NCBI GenBank assembly: GCA_964609585.1 | Contig: CAZSRA010000004.1 | Location: forward strand, 27,417-91,416 | Length of the DNA stretch: 64,000 bases | Direction: 5' to 3' | Origin: an uncultured Candidatus Saccharimonadales bacterium | Lineage (GTDB): Bacteria > Patescibacteriota > Saccharimonadia > UBA4664 | Shown: positions 38,666-47,790 of the stretch, in pieces | How positions within the stretch are numbered: position 1 is the stretch's first letter | Layout: every line of letters begins with the position of its first letter | Notes under the pieces: model-generated | Database searches by the model: none | What the model was told of the DNA's origin: nothing | What the model saw: only the letters and a program-made list of their open reading frames with translations | Made by a program: the position numbers and the translations under genes

Positions 38666-40438
38666 ATGCTATCGGTTGAGAGCCAGCAGCGGATAGAAGA
38701 ACTTCTACTTGAGGGTAAACTGCTCAAGCCGGAAGATCTTGAGACGGCTAAAGTGGATGCGCTAAAGGCGTCTAAGCCGCTCATTGCCTACATTGCTGAA
38801 AAAAATTTGGTGGGCGAAGAGGATCTGACGCGGATTTCAGCGCAGGCTATGGGGGTGCCTTACGCAAATTTGAACGCGTTAACGGTACCAGATGACATTA
38901 CGAAGTTGCTCGCGAAAGAGACGGCCGAAACGTATCTGGCGGTGCCATTTGGCATGCAGCAGGGACGGTTGGCCGTGGGTATGCTCGACCCGACCAATAT
39001 CCAGGCTGTGGACTTTTTGAGCCGCAAGGTGGGACACAACATTACGGTGTATTTGGCGTCGCGGGGATCGATTGATCATGTGCTGGCGCAGTTCCATAGC
39101 GATGTGGCGGCGGATGTGGCGAGCGCGATGGATGTCGCGAGTGTGGACGATCACCCGAAGGTGGAGGCAAAGAATGCCAAGGGGCTGCAGAATTTGGTGC
39201 AGGATGCGCCGATTACGCGCGCCTTGAACGCGATTTTGGATTATGCGGCGCAGAGCCGGGCGAGTGATATTCACATTGAGCCGCGCGAGCATGAGCTGAA
39301 GATTCGTTACCGGATTGACGGTATTTTGCAGGAGACGATGACGCTACCGAAGAGCATTGAGCCGGCGCTGATTTCGCGCATTAAGATTTTGAGCAATTTG
39401 CGGATTGATGAGCACCGGATTCCGCAGGACGGGCAATTTCAGATTAGCTCGAATGGGCACGAGATTGACCTGCGTATTGCGATTTCGCCAGTGGTGTGGG
39501 GCGAGCAGGTGGTGGTGCGGCTTTTGGACAAGAGCGGGACAGTGCTGACGCTGGAGAGTCTGGGTTTTCGAGGCCGGGCGGCGCGACTGATTGATGAGGG
39601 AATTCATAAGCCGCATGGGATGACGCTTTCGACGGGGCCGACGGGTTCGGGAAAGAGTACGTCGCTGTACGCGATTGTGCAGGAACTCAAGGATGTGTCG
39701 ATCAACATTGTGACGCTGGAAGATCCGGTGGAGTACAAGATGGACGGGATTAATCAGATTCAGGTGAATAATGATGTGGGCCTGACGTTTGCGAGCGGGC
39801 TGCGGAGTATTTTGCGGCAGGATCCGAATGTGGTGCTGGTGGGGGAGATTCGCGATAAAGAGACGGCGGATCTGGCGGTGCAGGCGGCGCTGACGGGACA
39901 CGTGGTGCTTTCGACGATTCACACGAACTCGGCGGCCGGGGTGTTGCCGCGTATGCTCGACATGGGGATCGAGCCGTTTTTGATCGCGAGTACGATTAAT
40001 ACGGTGATTGGGCAGCGGCTGGTGCGAAAATTGTGCGAGAAATGCAAGGAATCATTTGAAACGAACGAGGCGCAGACAAAGTCGATTATGGCGACTTTGG
40101 GCGATGTGCTGCCGAAGACGAAGAGTGAGCTGGAACGGGTAAAGAAGGACGTGGGCTATGAGGTGGTGCCAACGGCCGACCAGAAGACGTTTACGGTGTA
40201 CAAGGCGGTGGGTTGCAAGGAGTGTGTGAAGGGGTACAAGGGGCGGATTGGTATTTATGAGGTGTTTGCCATGACGCCGGCGATGGAGAAATTGCTGCTT
40301 GAGCATTCGACGACGAGCGAGGTGCAGAATCAGGCATCGAAAGATGGCATGCTAACGATGAAGCAGGATGGGTACTTTAAGGCTTTGAATGCGCTGACGA
40401 CTTTGGAAGAGGTAGCGCGGGTGGCGGCGGACTTTTAG
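38666..40438 (+). CDS. pilB: Type IV pilus extension ATPase PilB (GspE/PulE family)
   Basis: ASDIHIEP, RIPQDG, GPTGSGKS, EDPVE, LRQDPNVVLVGEIRD, CEKC/CKEC zinc pair. Confidence 0.95.
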   Translation: MLSVESQQRIEELLLEGKLLKPEDLETAKVDALKASKPLIAYIAEKNLVGEEDLTRISAQAMGVPYANLNALTVPDDITKLLAKETAETYLAVPFGMQQGRLAVGMLDPTNIQAVDFLSRKVGHNITVYLASRGSIDHVLAQFHSDVAADVASAMDVASVDDHPKVEAKNAKGLQNLVQDAPITRALNAILDYAAQSRASDIHIEPREHELKIRYRIDGILQETMTLPKSIEPALISRIKILSNLRIDEHRIPQDGQFQISSNGHEIDLRIAISPVVWGEQVVVRLLDKSGTVLTLESLGFRGRAARLIDEGIHKPHGMTLSTGPTGSGKSTSLYAIVQELKDVSINIVTLEDPVEYKMDGINQIQVNNDVGLTFASGLRSILRQDPNVVLVGEIRDKETADLAVQAALTGHVVLSTIHTNSAAGVLPRMLDMGIEPFLIASTINTVIGQRLVRKLCEKCKESFETNEAQTKSIMATLGDVLPKTKSELERVKKDVGYEVVPTADQKTFTVYKAVGCKECVKGYKGRIGIYEVFAMTPAMEKLLLEHSTTSEVQNQASKDGMLTMKQDGYFKALNALTTLEEVARVAADF

Positions 40439-40456
40439 ATTGGTTTGGTTTTGGGG

Positions 40457-40552
40457 CTAGGCCTAAGGTTTCAAAACGGAGGTTTTTGAGGCTTTGAAAG
40501 CTTAGGTCTGGCCGGTCCCGCAGATGCGGGGCCGGGCGCAGACGAAGGAGGG
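40457..40552. repeat. Double-hairpin module, copy A
   Basis: CTAGGCCTAAGGTTTCAAA...TTTGAAAGCTTAGGTCTGG then CCGGTCCCGCA-GA-TGCGGGGCCGG. Confidence 0.88.
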
Positions 40553-41167
40553 TCAGGCGATGGCGGCGTTCGTGTACTGGCAGAAGGATCTGACGGGTCG
40601 CTGACCGTTGAGCCAGTTGAACGCATCTTGGAGCGCGCCGGGGAGCGTCGTGATGACGAGTGGAGGTACGCCTCCGCTTGCCTGGTGGAAGATCGCTGGT
40701 GTGCACACGAAGCTCGTTTGCGAGGAGTTCGGTGTGACCCCGATCATCACCAGGCCGGGGTAGTCGGGATCGGCGGTGATGACGAGAACGAGGCAGTCAT
40801 TGCGCCAGCGCTCCAGCTTGATGCTGGGACTGGCCTGCGGACTGCTGCTGCCGGGATCCTGGTAATGGAACCCGGCGTTCGATAGTGCTTGCTGGTTGTC
40901 CCAGTTCAGGATCGTGGCGCCGACGACGGCGGGCGAGGTCGATGCGGGCCTGCAGGCGGCTTTGATCTTGATGTCGCTTGCCGAGATGCTCGCGGTCGCA
41001 TCGGTTGATGTGCTTGAGCTGGGCTTGTCGCCTGCGGTGGGCGTGGTCGTAACGACCGAGGTCGAGTGCGCCGGGTGGTTGTGGGCGCTGTAAGCGGCGA
41101 CGCTGGCACCCGTGAGAGCGACAGCTGCGAGGATCACAGCGGCCAGATTGCTACGCCGAGTTCGCAT
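40553..41167 (-). CDS. Exported hypothetical protein, unit 1 (204 aa, GC-rich)
   Basis: MRTRRSNLAAVILAAVALTGASVAA signal/anchor, Ser/Thr linker, 4 Cys; SD GAAGG; promoter TTGACA-17-TAAAAT (41244-41216). Confidence 0.75.
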   Translation of the reverse strand: MRTRRSNLAAVILAAVALTGASVAAYSAHNHPAHSTSVVTTTPTAGDKPSSSTSTDATASISASDIKIKAACRPASTSPAVVGATILNWDNQQALSNAGFHYQDPGSSSPQASPSIKLERWRNDCLVLVITADPDYPGLVMIGVTPNSSQTSFVCTPAIFHQASGGVPPLVITTLPGALQDAFNWLNGQRPVRSFCQYTNAAIA

Positions 41168-41262
41168 ACGCGAGCCTTCTTTCTTCGTCTGGGTTGTCAA
41201 AAATGGACGATTAATATTTTAGAATAAACCATTTGATTTGTCAATTTTATGATAATTAAAAA

Positions 41263-41370
41263 CAAGCCTAAGATTTCAAAAAAGGAGCTTGGGTGCTCTT
41301 GAAGCCTTAGGCTTGCGCCGGTCCCCGCGCGCCGAAGGCGCGGGGACCGGCATGCAAGACGGGAAGGGAA
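41263..41370. repeat. Double-hairpin module, copy B
   Basis: CAAGCCTAAGATTTCAA...TTGAAGCCTTAGGCTTG then CCGGTCCCCGCGC...GCGCGGGGACCGG. Confidence 0.88.
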
Positions 41371-42012
41371 CTAGCTCCTGGTGCAGTCGGACCCGCCGTT
41401 GGCGAGCCAGACGTCCAGCTTGGTGAGCGCGACGTCGACGTTTGCGGCGTCCAGCGGCAGGCTCACGTTGCACATGAACCCCTCCGGCCTCTTGGTGCGC
41501 GTGGAGTCTTCGTACATGCCGATCAGGAGGATCGTCGGGTTCGCGCCGGTGGTGACCAGCATCGAGGTGCAGCCCTGCGTCTCCTTCCAGTCCTCCCAGC
41601 CATCGGTGTCCGAGCTGACGTTGTGGAAGCCGAAGCCGGCGCTCGTGAGCGGCTGAGCGGGGATCTGGCCGAGCTTCGTACCGGAGGGCGGGCTGAACTG
41701 CGTTGCGGTGGGGCAGCCGGTGACCTGGTCGATCGTGGCCTCGAGGCCCTGGGCGGTCGGGTCCAGCGTGATCGCCGACGGCGACGTGGTCGGCACGGCG
41801 GTCGAGTGGGCGGGGGACGGGGAGGCCGCGGCGTTGGCCGACTGGGACGCGGAGGCGTTGGTGGTCGGCGCCGGAGCGACGACGTTCTGGCCGCCAGCGA
41901 AGCGCGGGTTGACGTTGGGCTTCGCGCCCCTGGATCCGCTGCAGGCAGCGGTGCTGAGGGCGGTGGCCAGGAACAGGCCGATGAGGCTGGAGGCGCGCTT
42001 CGAGATTCGCAT
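41371..42012 (-). CDS. Predicted lipoprotein, unit 2 (213 aa, GC-rich)
   Basis: MRISKR, hydrophobic stretch, lipobox TAAC; Ser/Pro/Ala linker; 4 further Cys; promoter TTGACA-17-TAAAGT (42133-42105). Confidence 0.8.
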   Translation of the reverse strand: MRISKRASSLIGLFLATALSTAACSGSRGAKPNVNPRFAGGQNVVAPAPTTNASASQSANAAASPSPAHSTAVPTTSPSAITLDPTAQGLEATIDQVTGCPTATQFSPPSGTKLGQIPAQPLTSAGFGFHNVSSDTDGWEDWKETQGCTSMLVTTGANPTILLIGMYEDSTRTKRPEGFMCNVSLPLDAANVDVALTKLDVWLANGGSDCTRS

Positions 42013-42233
42013 GGTGTGCGAGTTCCCTTCTTAAAGTGTCTTGCGGGGTCAAGGTAGCGATCGCTCGAGTAAATCTAGGGACTACAATGAGCAGATCGTT
42101 AACTACTTTAGCATAAGTAGTATCATTTGTCAAATTTACGCAAGCTGAGTTTCGAATGGATCGCTTAGTTGAGATTCTGGAAAGGGCTTGGAGAATAATT
42201 GCGAAGTATGTACGTAGCGGACATTTGACAGGG

Positions 42234-42338
42234 TAGACCTAAGGTTTCAAAACTCTTGGGGTCTTGGTAGGCCGTTTGAAAACTTGGGTCTAGCCGGCCC
42301 CGCATGGTACACGGGGCCGGAGGTCAGATGAAGAAAGA
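42234..42338. repeat. Double-hairpin module, copy C
   Basis: TAGACCTAAGGTTTCAAA...TTTGAAAACTTGGGTCTA then CCGGCCCCG...CGGGGCCGG. Confidence 0.88.
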
Positions 42339-42500
42339 TCACCTGGAGAGGGACGGCCAGTGGCCGGTCCAGAAGGCCACTCCCGCCATCATCGCCAGAA
42401 CAAAGAGCATCCCGGCGGTGAAGAGGAGTTGTGGCTGTTGCGATGCAACGAGGCCGCGCCAGAAACCGCCGATGGCGGCTTTGAGGTTCTTGTTTCGCAT
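42339..42500 (-). CDS. Small membrane peptide, unit 3 (53 aa)
   Basis: MRNKNLKAAIGGFWRG...LLFTAGMLFVLAMMAGVAFW; same start context as units 1-2; promoter TTGACA-16-TAAAGT (42587-42560). Confidence 0.7.
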   Translation of the reverse strand: MRNKNLKAAIGGFWRGLVASQQPQLLFTAGMLFVLAMMAGVAFWTGHWPSLSR

Positions 42501-42670
42501 TGCGAGACCTTGCTTTCTGGTTTGGGTTTGAAATGCTTGGGATGAGCAGACCGTCATATACTTTAGCATAAGTAGTTTAAATGTCAAGTTTGCGACAATA
42601 CATAACCAGAGAAGGCAGTGTACAACCCCATACTCCTTGTGCTTTAATGGAGTCATCTTAGAGGTGAAAT

Positions 42671-43741
42671 GTGGAGAGAAGTGCCCTCAAAATTGAATTG
42701 ATGCTGGAGCAGGTGATTAAGTTTGATGCGTCGGACTTGCACCTTCAGGTGGGTCTGCCGCCGATGTTACGGGTGGATGGTTCACTCAAGCAGATTGAGG
42801 ACACGCCGGTACTTGAGCCTGCGGACGTAGAAAAGCTGGTATTTTCGATTTTGGACGATGATCAAAAAGAGATTTTGATCAAAGACAAGGAAGTGGATTT
42901 TTCGTTTGCGTTTGGAAACTATGGGCGATTCCGGGTAAATGCGTTTCACGAGCGCGGGAATGTGGCGGCAGCGCTGCGCCTGATTCCGAGCAAGGTGCGG
43001 ACATTAGAAGAACTCCAGATGCCGAAGGTGTTGCAGGACTTTACGAAGTTTCCGCGCGGGTTGGTGCTGGTGACGGGGCCGACGGGCTCGGGTAAATCGA
43101 CGACGCTCGCGGCTATGGTGGACAAGATTAATGCTGAGCAATCGAAGCACATTTTGACGATTGAGGACCCGATTGAGTACGCGCATAGTTCGAAAAAATC
43201 GATCGTGGTGCAGCGGGAAATTCACTACGATACGTACTCGTTTGCGGCAGCTCTACGCTCGAGCTTGCGGCAAGACCCGGATGTGGTGTTGATCGGTGAG
43301 ATGCGCGATCTTGAGACGATTGCGGCGGCAGTGACGATCGCGGAGACGGGGCACTTGGTGCTGGCCACCCTGCACACGAACAGCGCGGCTCAGAGTATTG
43401 ATCGTATGATCGACGTATTTCCGCCTCACCAGCAGCAGCAGATTCGGGTGCAGCTGGCAGGTATGCTTCAGGGGATTTGTTCGCAGCGGTTGGTGCCGGG
43501 GATTGGCGGTGGCCGCGTGATAGCGGCTGAGATTTTGGTGGCGACAGGTGCGGTGCGTAACATTATTCGTGAGGGCAAGACGCATCAGCTGGACGCAGTG
43601 ATTCAGACGGGCGCGGAATACGGCATGCAGAGCATGGACCGGCAGCTGGTGGCGCTCGTGCAAGAGGGCAAGATTACCTATGATGAGGCCAAGAATTTTG
43701 CGATTGATTTGCAAGAGCTCGACCGTTTAATGCGAGGTTAG
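42671..43741 (+). CDS. pilT: Type IV pilus retraction ATPase PilT
   Basis: ASDLHL, GPTGSGKSTT, LRQDPDVVLIGEMRD, AVRNIIRE (AIRNLIRE motif), GMQSMD. Confidence 0.96.
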   Translation: MERSALKIELMLEQVIKFDASDLHLQVGLPPMLRVDGSLKQIEDTPVLEPADVEKLVFSILDDDQKEILIKDKEVDFSFAFGNYGRFRVNAFHERGNVAAALRLIPSKVRTLEELQMPKVLQDFTKFPRGLVLVTGPTGSGKSTTLAAMVDKINAEQSKHILTIEDPIEYAHSSKKSIVVQREIHYDTYSFAAALRSSLRQDPDVVLIGEMRDLETIAAAVTIAETGHLVLATLHTNSAAQSIDRMIDVFPPHQQQQIRVQLAGMLQGICSQRLVPGIGGGRVIAAEILVATGAVRNIIREGKTHQLDAVIQTGAEYGMQSMDRQLVALVQEGKITYDEAKNFAIDLQELDRLMRG

Positions 43742-43748
43742 GAAGAGA

Positions 43749-43864
43749 AAGCATTTACATGGCACATTACTTCATCGACATTTACGCTCCGCACTCATCG
43801 TACGTTAAAGTACGCTTCGTTTGCGGTACGCATCTCTCCTTGTACTGCACTCATGTAAATGCTT
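43749..43864. repeat. 116-bp MITE/REP-like palindromic element
   Basis: 13-bp perfect terminal inverted repeats AAGCATTTACATG/CATGTAAATGCTT around inner CGTAC...GTACG stem. Confidence 0.6.
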
Positions 43865-43880
43865 CCTCGGAGGCTAAGTC

Positions 43881-45107
43881 ATGATTACGTTTGTTTATAC
43901 GGCGCATAAGACCGAGACGGGCGAGACAGTAAAAGCAGAAGTGCAGGCCGAAAATGAGCGAGCGGCGGCGAAGCTGCTGGTGGCTCAGGGGTTGTTTCCG
44001 ATTTCGATTGATCCGAAGGATGGTGCCGGGTTTTTAGCCAAATCTGGGTTTGGAACTCGGGTGGGCGCCAAGGACCGAGTGATTTTTACGCGGCAGCTGT
44101 CTACGCTGATTAATGCGGGATTGCCGTTGACGCAGTCGCTGCGGACGGTGAGTGAGCAGGTGCAAAATAAAACTTTGCACGATGTATCGGTGGCGGTGGT
44201 ATCGAGCGTGGAATCGGGGACGAGTTTGAGTCAATCGTTTGCTCAATACCCGAAGATTTTTAGTGACATTTATGTGAGCTTGGTGGCGGCGGGGGAGTCG
44301 TCGGGGTCGCTGGATAAATCTTTGGAACGGATCGCAATGCAACAGGAGAAGGATGCGGCGATCGTGGGCAAGATTCGCAGTGCGCTGATTTATCCGATTA
44401 TTGTGCTTTTGGTGATTGCGGCGGTGCTAGTGTTTATGCTTACGACGGTGTTGCCGCAGGTGGGTGGGCTGTACAAGGATTTGCATAAGCCGCTGCCGAC
44501 TTTGACGCAGATTTTGCTTGCGATTTCGAATTTTATTATGCACTTTTGGTTCATTGTGATAATCGGGTTGGTGGCTGGCGGGTTTGCGCTGAAGAATTAT
44601 ATACAAACGGAGCAAGGGCGGGCGGTAGCAGACCGAGTGAAGTTGGATGTGCCGCTATTTGGGAAGATTTATCGCAAGGTCTACATGGCGCGGTTTGCTA
44701 GGACGCTGGGGACGATGCTGCAGAGTGGTATCCCGATGCTGGAGGCGCTGCGGATTGTGAAGAATGCCATTGATAACGTGCATGTGGAAGCGGTGCTAGA
44801 GAAGAGTATGCAAGGGGTGAAGGGCGGCAAGGCGCTGTCGACGACGCTGGAGAATGAAGAAACGTTTATAAAGCTGGTGCCGCAGATGATTAAGATTGGC
44901 GAGCAGTCGGGGGCGATTGATTCTATGCTGGACCGGGTGGCGACGTACTACGAGAATGAGGTGGACGAAGAGGTGAAGAACATTTCGACGACGATTGAGC
45001 CGCTTTTGATGGTGGTGCTGGGTGTGACGGTGGGCGGTGTGATTGCGGCGATTTTGATGCCGGTGTACTCGTTGGTGGGGAACGGGTCGGTGGATAATTT
45101 GAAGTAG
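43881..45107 (+). CDS. pilC: Type IV pilus platform protein PilC (GspF family)
   Basis: FTRQLSTLINAGLPL, AGESSGSL, KIRSALIYP, GEQSGAID, IEPLLMV. Confidence 0.96.
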   Translation: MITFVYTAHKTETGETVKAEVQAENERAAAKLLVAQGLFPISIDPKDGAGFLAKSGFGTRVGAKDRVIFTRQLSTLINAGLPLTQSLRTVSEQVQNKTLHDVSVAVVSSVESGTSLSQSFAQYPKIFSDIYVSLVAAGESSGSLDKSLERIAMQQEKDAAIVGKIRSALIYPIIVLLVIAAVLVFMLTTVLPQVGGLYKDLHKPLPTLTQILLAISNFIMHFWFIVIIGLVAGGFALKNYIQTEQGRAVADRVKLDVPLFGKIYRKVYMARFARTLGTMLQSGIPMLEALRIVKNAIDNVHVEAVLEKSMQGVKGGKALSTTLENEETFIKLVPQMIKIGEQSGAIDSMLDRVATYYENEVDEEVKNISTTIEPLLMVVLGVTVGGVIAAILMPVYSLVGNGSVDNLK

Positions 45108-45137
45108 GTTGGGATTGAGGGAATAATTGCGCCTTGT

Positions 45138-45204
45138 GGGCGGTTCGGGGATTGCTCCCCGAACCGCCCGGTTGGTGTGACTCGGGCCTAGGGTCCGAGT
45201 CACA
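45138..45204. terminator. Two GC-rich hairpins between convergent pilC and the inserted gene
   Basis: GGGCGGTTCGGGG/CCCCGAACCGCCC and TGTGACTCGGGC/GTCCGAGTCACA. Confidence 0.7.
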
Positions 45205-45225
45205 GGACGGGGGTCCGGCTGAGGG

Positions 45226-47583
45226 TTACCAGCCGGTACCGGTGAGGACGGAGATCGCGGTTGCCGCGATCTTGGACTGACCGGTGGTGCTGCCGCTGCC
45301 CGGGGTGGGGTGCGGGTAGCCGTAGATCCGGTTGGTGGAGATGTAGCCACCTGCGACCGGGCTCGTGCCCAGGGCGGAGGTGGCGGTGAGGTCAACGTAC
45401 TTGACGTTGGTTCCGCTCACGTAGGTGTGGTCGCCGTTGAGCTCGACTACCACGCTGTGGATGCCCTTGGTGCTGCCGGAGTCGGCGTAGCAGGAGTTGC
45501 CAGTGCTATCGACGACATTCGGGTAGCCGACGTTCAGAATCCTGACACCCGGCGAGGCAGCGGCTGCCACCGTCTCCATGCCTTGCAGGTTGCTCTGGAT
45601 GAGCCCGGAAACGGTGAAGCCGGTGCCGGGGTCGGGAACCGTGAGGTTGTCGTAGACGGAGTTGGCGTCCGGGCAGTTGGTGATGCCGCTGGTGACGGCC
45701 CAGGGTTTGACGCTGGGCGTGTTCCAGTTCGCGAGGTACCAGTTGGCCAGGACGTCAGTCCAGTTGGTGTCGTCGGCGCCGCCGGTCATGCTGACGACGT
45801 TCCAGGAGTCGTACCGCGTGTATAACGCGAGACTGAGCTTTGCGGATTGGGTGTCTCCGCTGGCCCAGGCTGCGGTTCCCGGGGTCGCCAGGTCGCTGCC
45901 GAAACTACTGGTTGGGGCTCCGCTGCGAGCGATCAGGTAGGCCGGCATCCCATCGGAGCCGGTTGCTCCCATACTGATTTGCCAGACTGAAGGGGCGTGC
46001 GTGGAGCTGTTGTAGCTGGCCACGGCCGTGTTCACCCAGGATGCGGTCGCGTCGTTGGGCGTGGGGTCGTTGCTGGGGAGGTACGAAGCACCATCGGCGC
46101 AACTGATGGTCTTGCCGAGGTACTTCACTGCGGCGTCCGCTTGAGTGGGACACTGTGGCTGATCCGATGCCTCGTGGTGGCCGCTGCTGAACGAGTCGCC
46201 GACGGCAGCCCAGATGGGGGCCTTCGGTGTGTGTACCCTGAGAGGTGTGCTCCAGCTACCGGCGGTTCCGCCGGTGCTCACTGGGCGCACCCACAGGTAC
46301 CAGTCTTGGTCGGGCTGCGTGCCGCCGCCCCAGGTGGTGCCGGTACCCGAGTACTTGCCAAGGAAGCTGATCGGTCCCTTCTTCGTGCTCATGTTGGTGA
46401 TGGTTTGGAGGTAGCTCGTGTTCGGAGCGGTCGTGCTCGACGTCGACCATCCGAGGTCGAACCGCTGGTTGCCGGTGGCCGAGAGACTTACCGTCACCTG
46501 GCGGGTGTACGGTGCGTCGCTGGCCGACGGGGCACTGAACGTCGCGGTGCTATTGGACGGCGGGGCTGGGGGCCAGGCCGCGTTGACGAGGGAGAACCAC
46601 GACTGGACATGGCCGCTGGAGGCGGTCAGGTCGGTGGCAGTGCCACCGCTCGAGCTGATGCTGAACACGTCTTCGGAGCCGCTCGTCGTGTTGTTGCTGG
46701 CGAAATACACCGTGCTGCCGTTGGCCGACACGCGCGGCAGTTCGTCAGTGCGCGAGTAGGACTCCGTCGTCAGGGCGTTGCGGGTCACGGTTGTCGTGCT
46801 GAATCCGTTTGACGAACCAAAGTACGAAAGGCCGCCTCCGTTCTCATCACTGTTGAAGTAGATCCGCGATCCATCCGGCGACCAGGCAGGCTCGACATCG
46901 TTGTATGAGCCAAGCGCCGAAGTGAGGCGATGCTGGTTGGTGCCGTCTGCGTTCATGATCCAGATCTGTGTCTGGTTCGTGCCGCTCGGGTCGACGAGGT
47001 CGTAGGTGAGCTTGGTGCCGTCCGGTGACCACGCGACGTCGAGATCGCTCACGTTGTTGGTCGTGAGCTGAACCACACCGCCGGTGCCGTCCGACCTGAC
47101 CTTGTAGACGTTGGTGTTGATCCCGCCCGGCACGGAGTAGCGCCGGGTGAACGCGATCCAGGAACCGTCCGGCGACCAGTGCGGGTTGTCCTCGGTGAAG
47201 TTGTCCGTCGAACCGGCCTGGGTGAGGGTTGTGATACCCGATCCGTCCGAGTTGGCGAGGTAGATCCCCGAGTAGCTGGTTGGGTAGCCAACGTAGGCGA
47301 CCCGCGACCCGTCTGGGGAGACGTCCGGCTGGCTCGGCGATTGTGTGCTCTCGATGATCGTCGAGACCGTACCGGTGGAGCCATCGCGCTTGGCGATGAT
47401 GCCGTTTCCACCGGAATCCATACCGTCGTACATGATGTCGCCAGCGGCGACATCGGCGTGAGCCATCGGCGCCGTGGCGACGATGTTGAAGACCGGGAGT
47501 CCGATGACGGTTCCGATCGCTAGCGCGAAGGCGAGCAAGATTGCTCGCAGTCCGCTGCTAGGTGGTGTCGGTCGTTGAGACAC
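45226..47583 (-). CDS. Secreted multidomain protein: TolB/PD40 beta-propeller, FN3-like domain, SGNH hydrolase-like domain
   Basis: Signal peptide ending AHA; SPDG/WSPDG repeats; GDSFSSG, ARSGA, GGADD, YPHP; AAGGAG SD before GTG; GC-rich. Confidence 0.85.
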   Translation of the reverse strand: MSQRPTPPSSGLRAILLAFALAIGTVIGLPVFNIVATAPMAHADVAAGDIMYDGMDSGGNGIIAKRDGSTGTVSTIIESTQSPSQPDVSPDGSRVAYVGYPTSYSGIYLANSDGSGITTLTQAGSTDNFTEDNPHWSPDGSWIAFTRRYSVPGGINTNVYKVRSDGTGGVVQLTTNNVSDLDVAWSPDGTKLTYDLVDPSGTNQTQIWIMNADGTNQHRLTSALGSYNDVEPAWSPDGSRIYFNSDENGGGLSYFGSSNGFSTTTVTRNALTTESYSRTDELPRVSANGSTVYFASNNTTSGSEDVFSISSSGGTATDLTASSGHVQSWFSLVNAAWPPAPPSNSTATFSAPSASDAPYTRQVTVSLSATGNQRFDLGWSTSSTTAPNTSYLQTITNMSTKKGPISFLGKYSGTGTTWGGGTQPDQDWYLWVRPVSTGGTAGSWSTPLRVHTPKAPIWAAVGDSFSSGHHEASDQPQCPTQADAAVKYLGKTISCADGASYLPSNDPTPNDATASWVNTAVASYNSSTHAPSVWQISMGATGSDGMPAYLIARSGAPTSSFGSDLATPGTAAWASGDTQSAKLSLALYTRYDSWNVVSMTGGADDTNWTDVLANWYLANWNTPSVKPWAVTSGITNCPDANSVYDNLTVPDPGTGFTVSGLIQSNLQGMETVAAAASPGVRILNVGYPNVVDSTGNSCYADSGSTKGIHSVVVELNGDHTYVSGTNVKYVDLTATSALGTSPVAGGYISTNRIYGYPHPTPGSGSTTGQSKIAATAISVLTGTGW

Positions 47584-47714
47584 GACTTACTCCTTTGGCT
47601 GTCAAGCGACAAACAATCTCGGCCCTTAGCCGAGAGAGGCCCGCTGCGAGGTACAGCGGACTAAGCGAATATGCGGGATTAAAGAGGATATGTAAATGAT
47701 TTTTGGTCTAGTAA

Positions 47715-47744
47715 TTGACAGTCCCAAAGCATAAGTGGGATACT
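47715..47744 (+). promoter_or_regulatory. Promoter of major pilin
   Basis: TTGACA-18-(TGg)GATACT, then GAAAGGTGA SD. Confidence 0.6.
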
Positions 47745-47790
47745 GTATCCAAGTTGTAATATTTCAACACACTAACGAAAGGTGATTTAG

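Noticed and set aside
41276-42133. 285-aa minus-strand ORF overlapping unit 2
   Set aside because: Arg/His/Pro-rich shadow frame of a GC-rich gene that starts inside the -35 box; the 213-aa lipoprotein frame has the SD and lipobox.
42156-42236. 26-aa + strand ORF (MDRLVEILERAW...) as an antitoxin or leader peptide
   Set aside because: No SD, no counterpart in the other units, and the length is expected by chance.
40457-42338. CRISPR array or classical integron attC array
   Set aside because: Repeats are separated by whole genes with their own promoters, no cas genes are present, the ends lack RYYYAAC/GTTRRRY cores, and no clear IntI is visible.
42193-45131. Shared 11-mer GAATAATTGCG at 42193 and 45121 as an insertion-site duplication
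   Set aside because: Short, no extension on either side, and it does not bracket a single coherent element.
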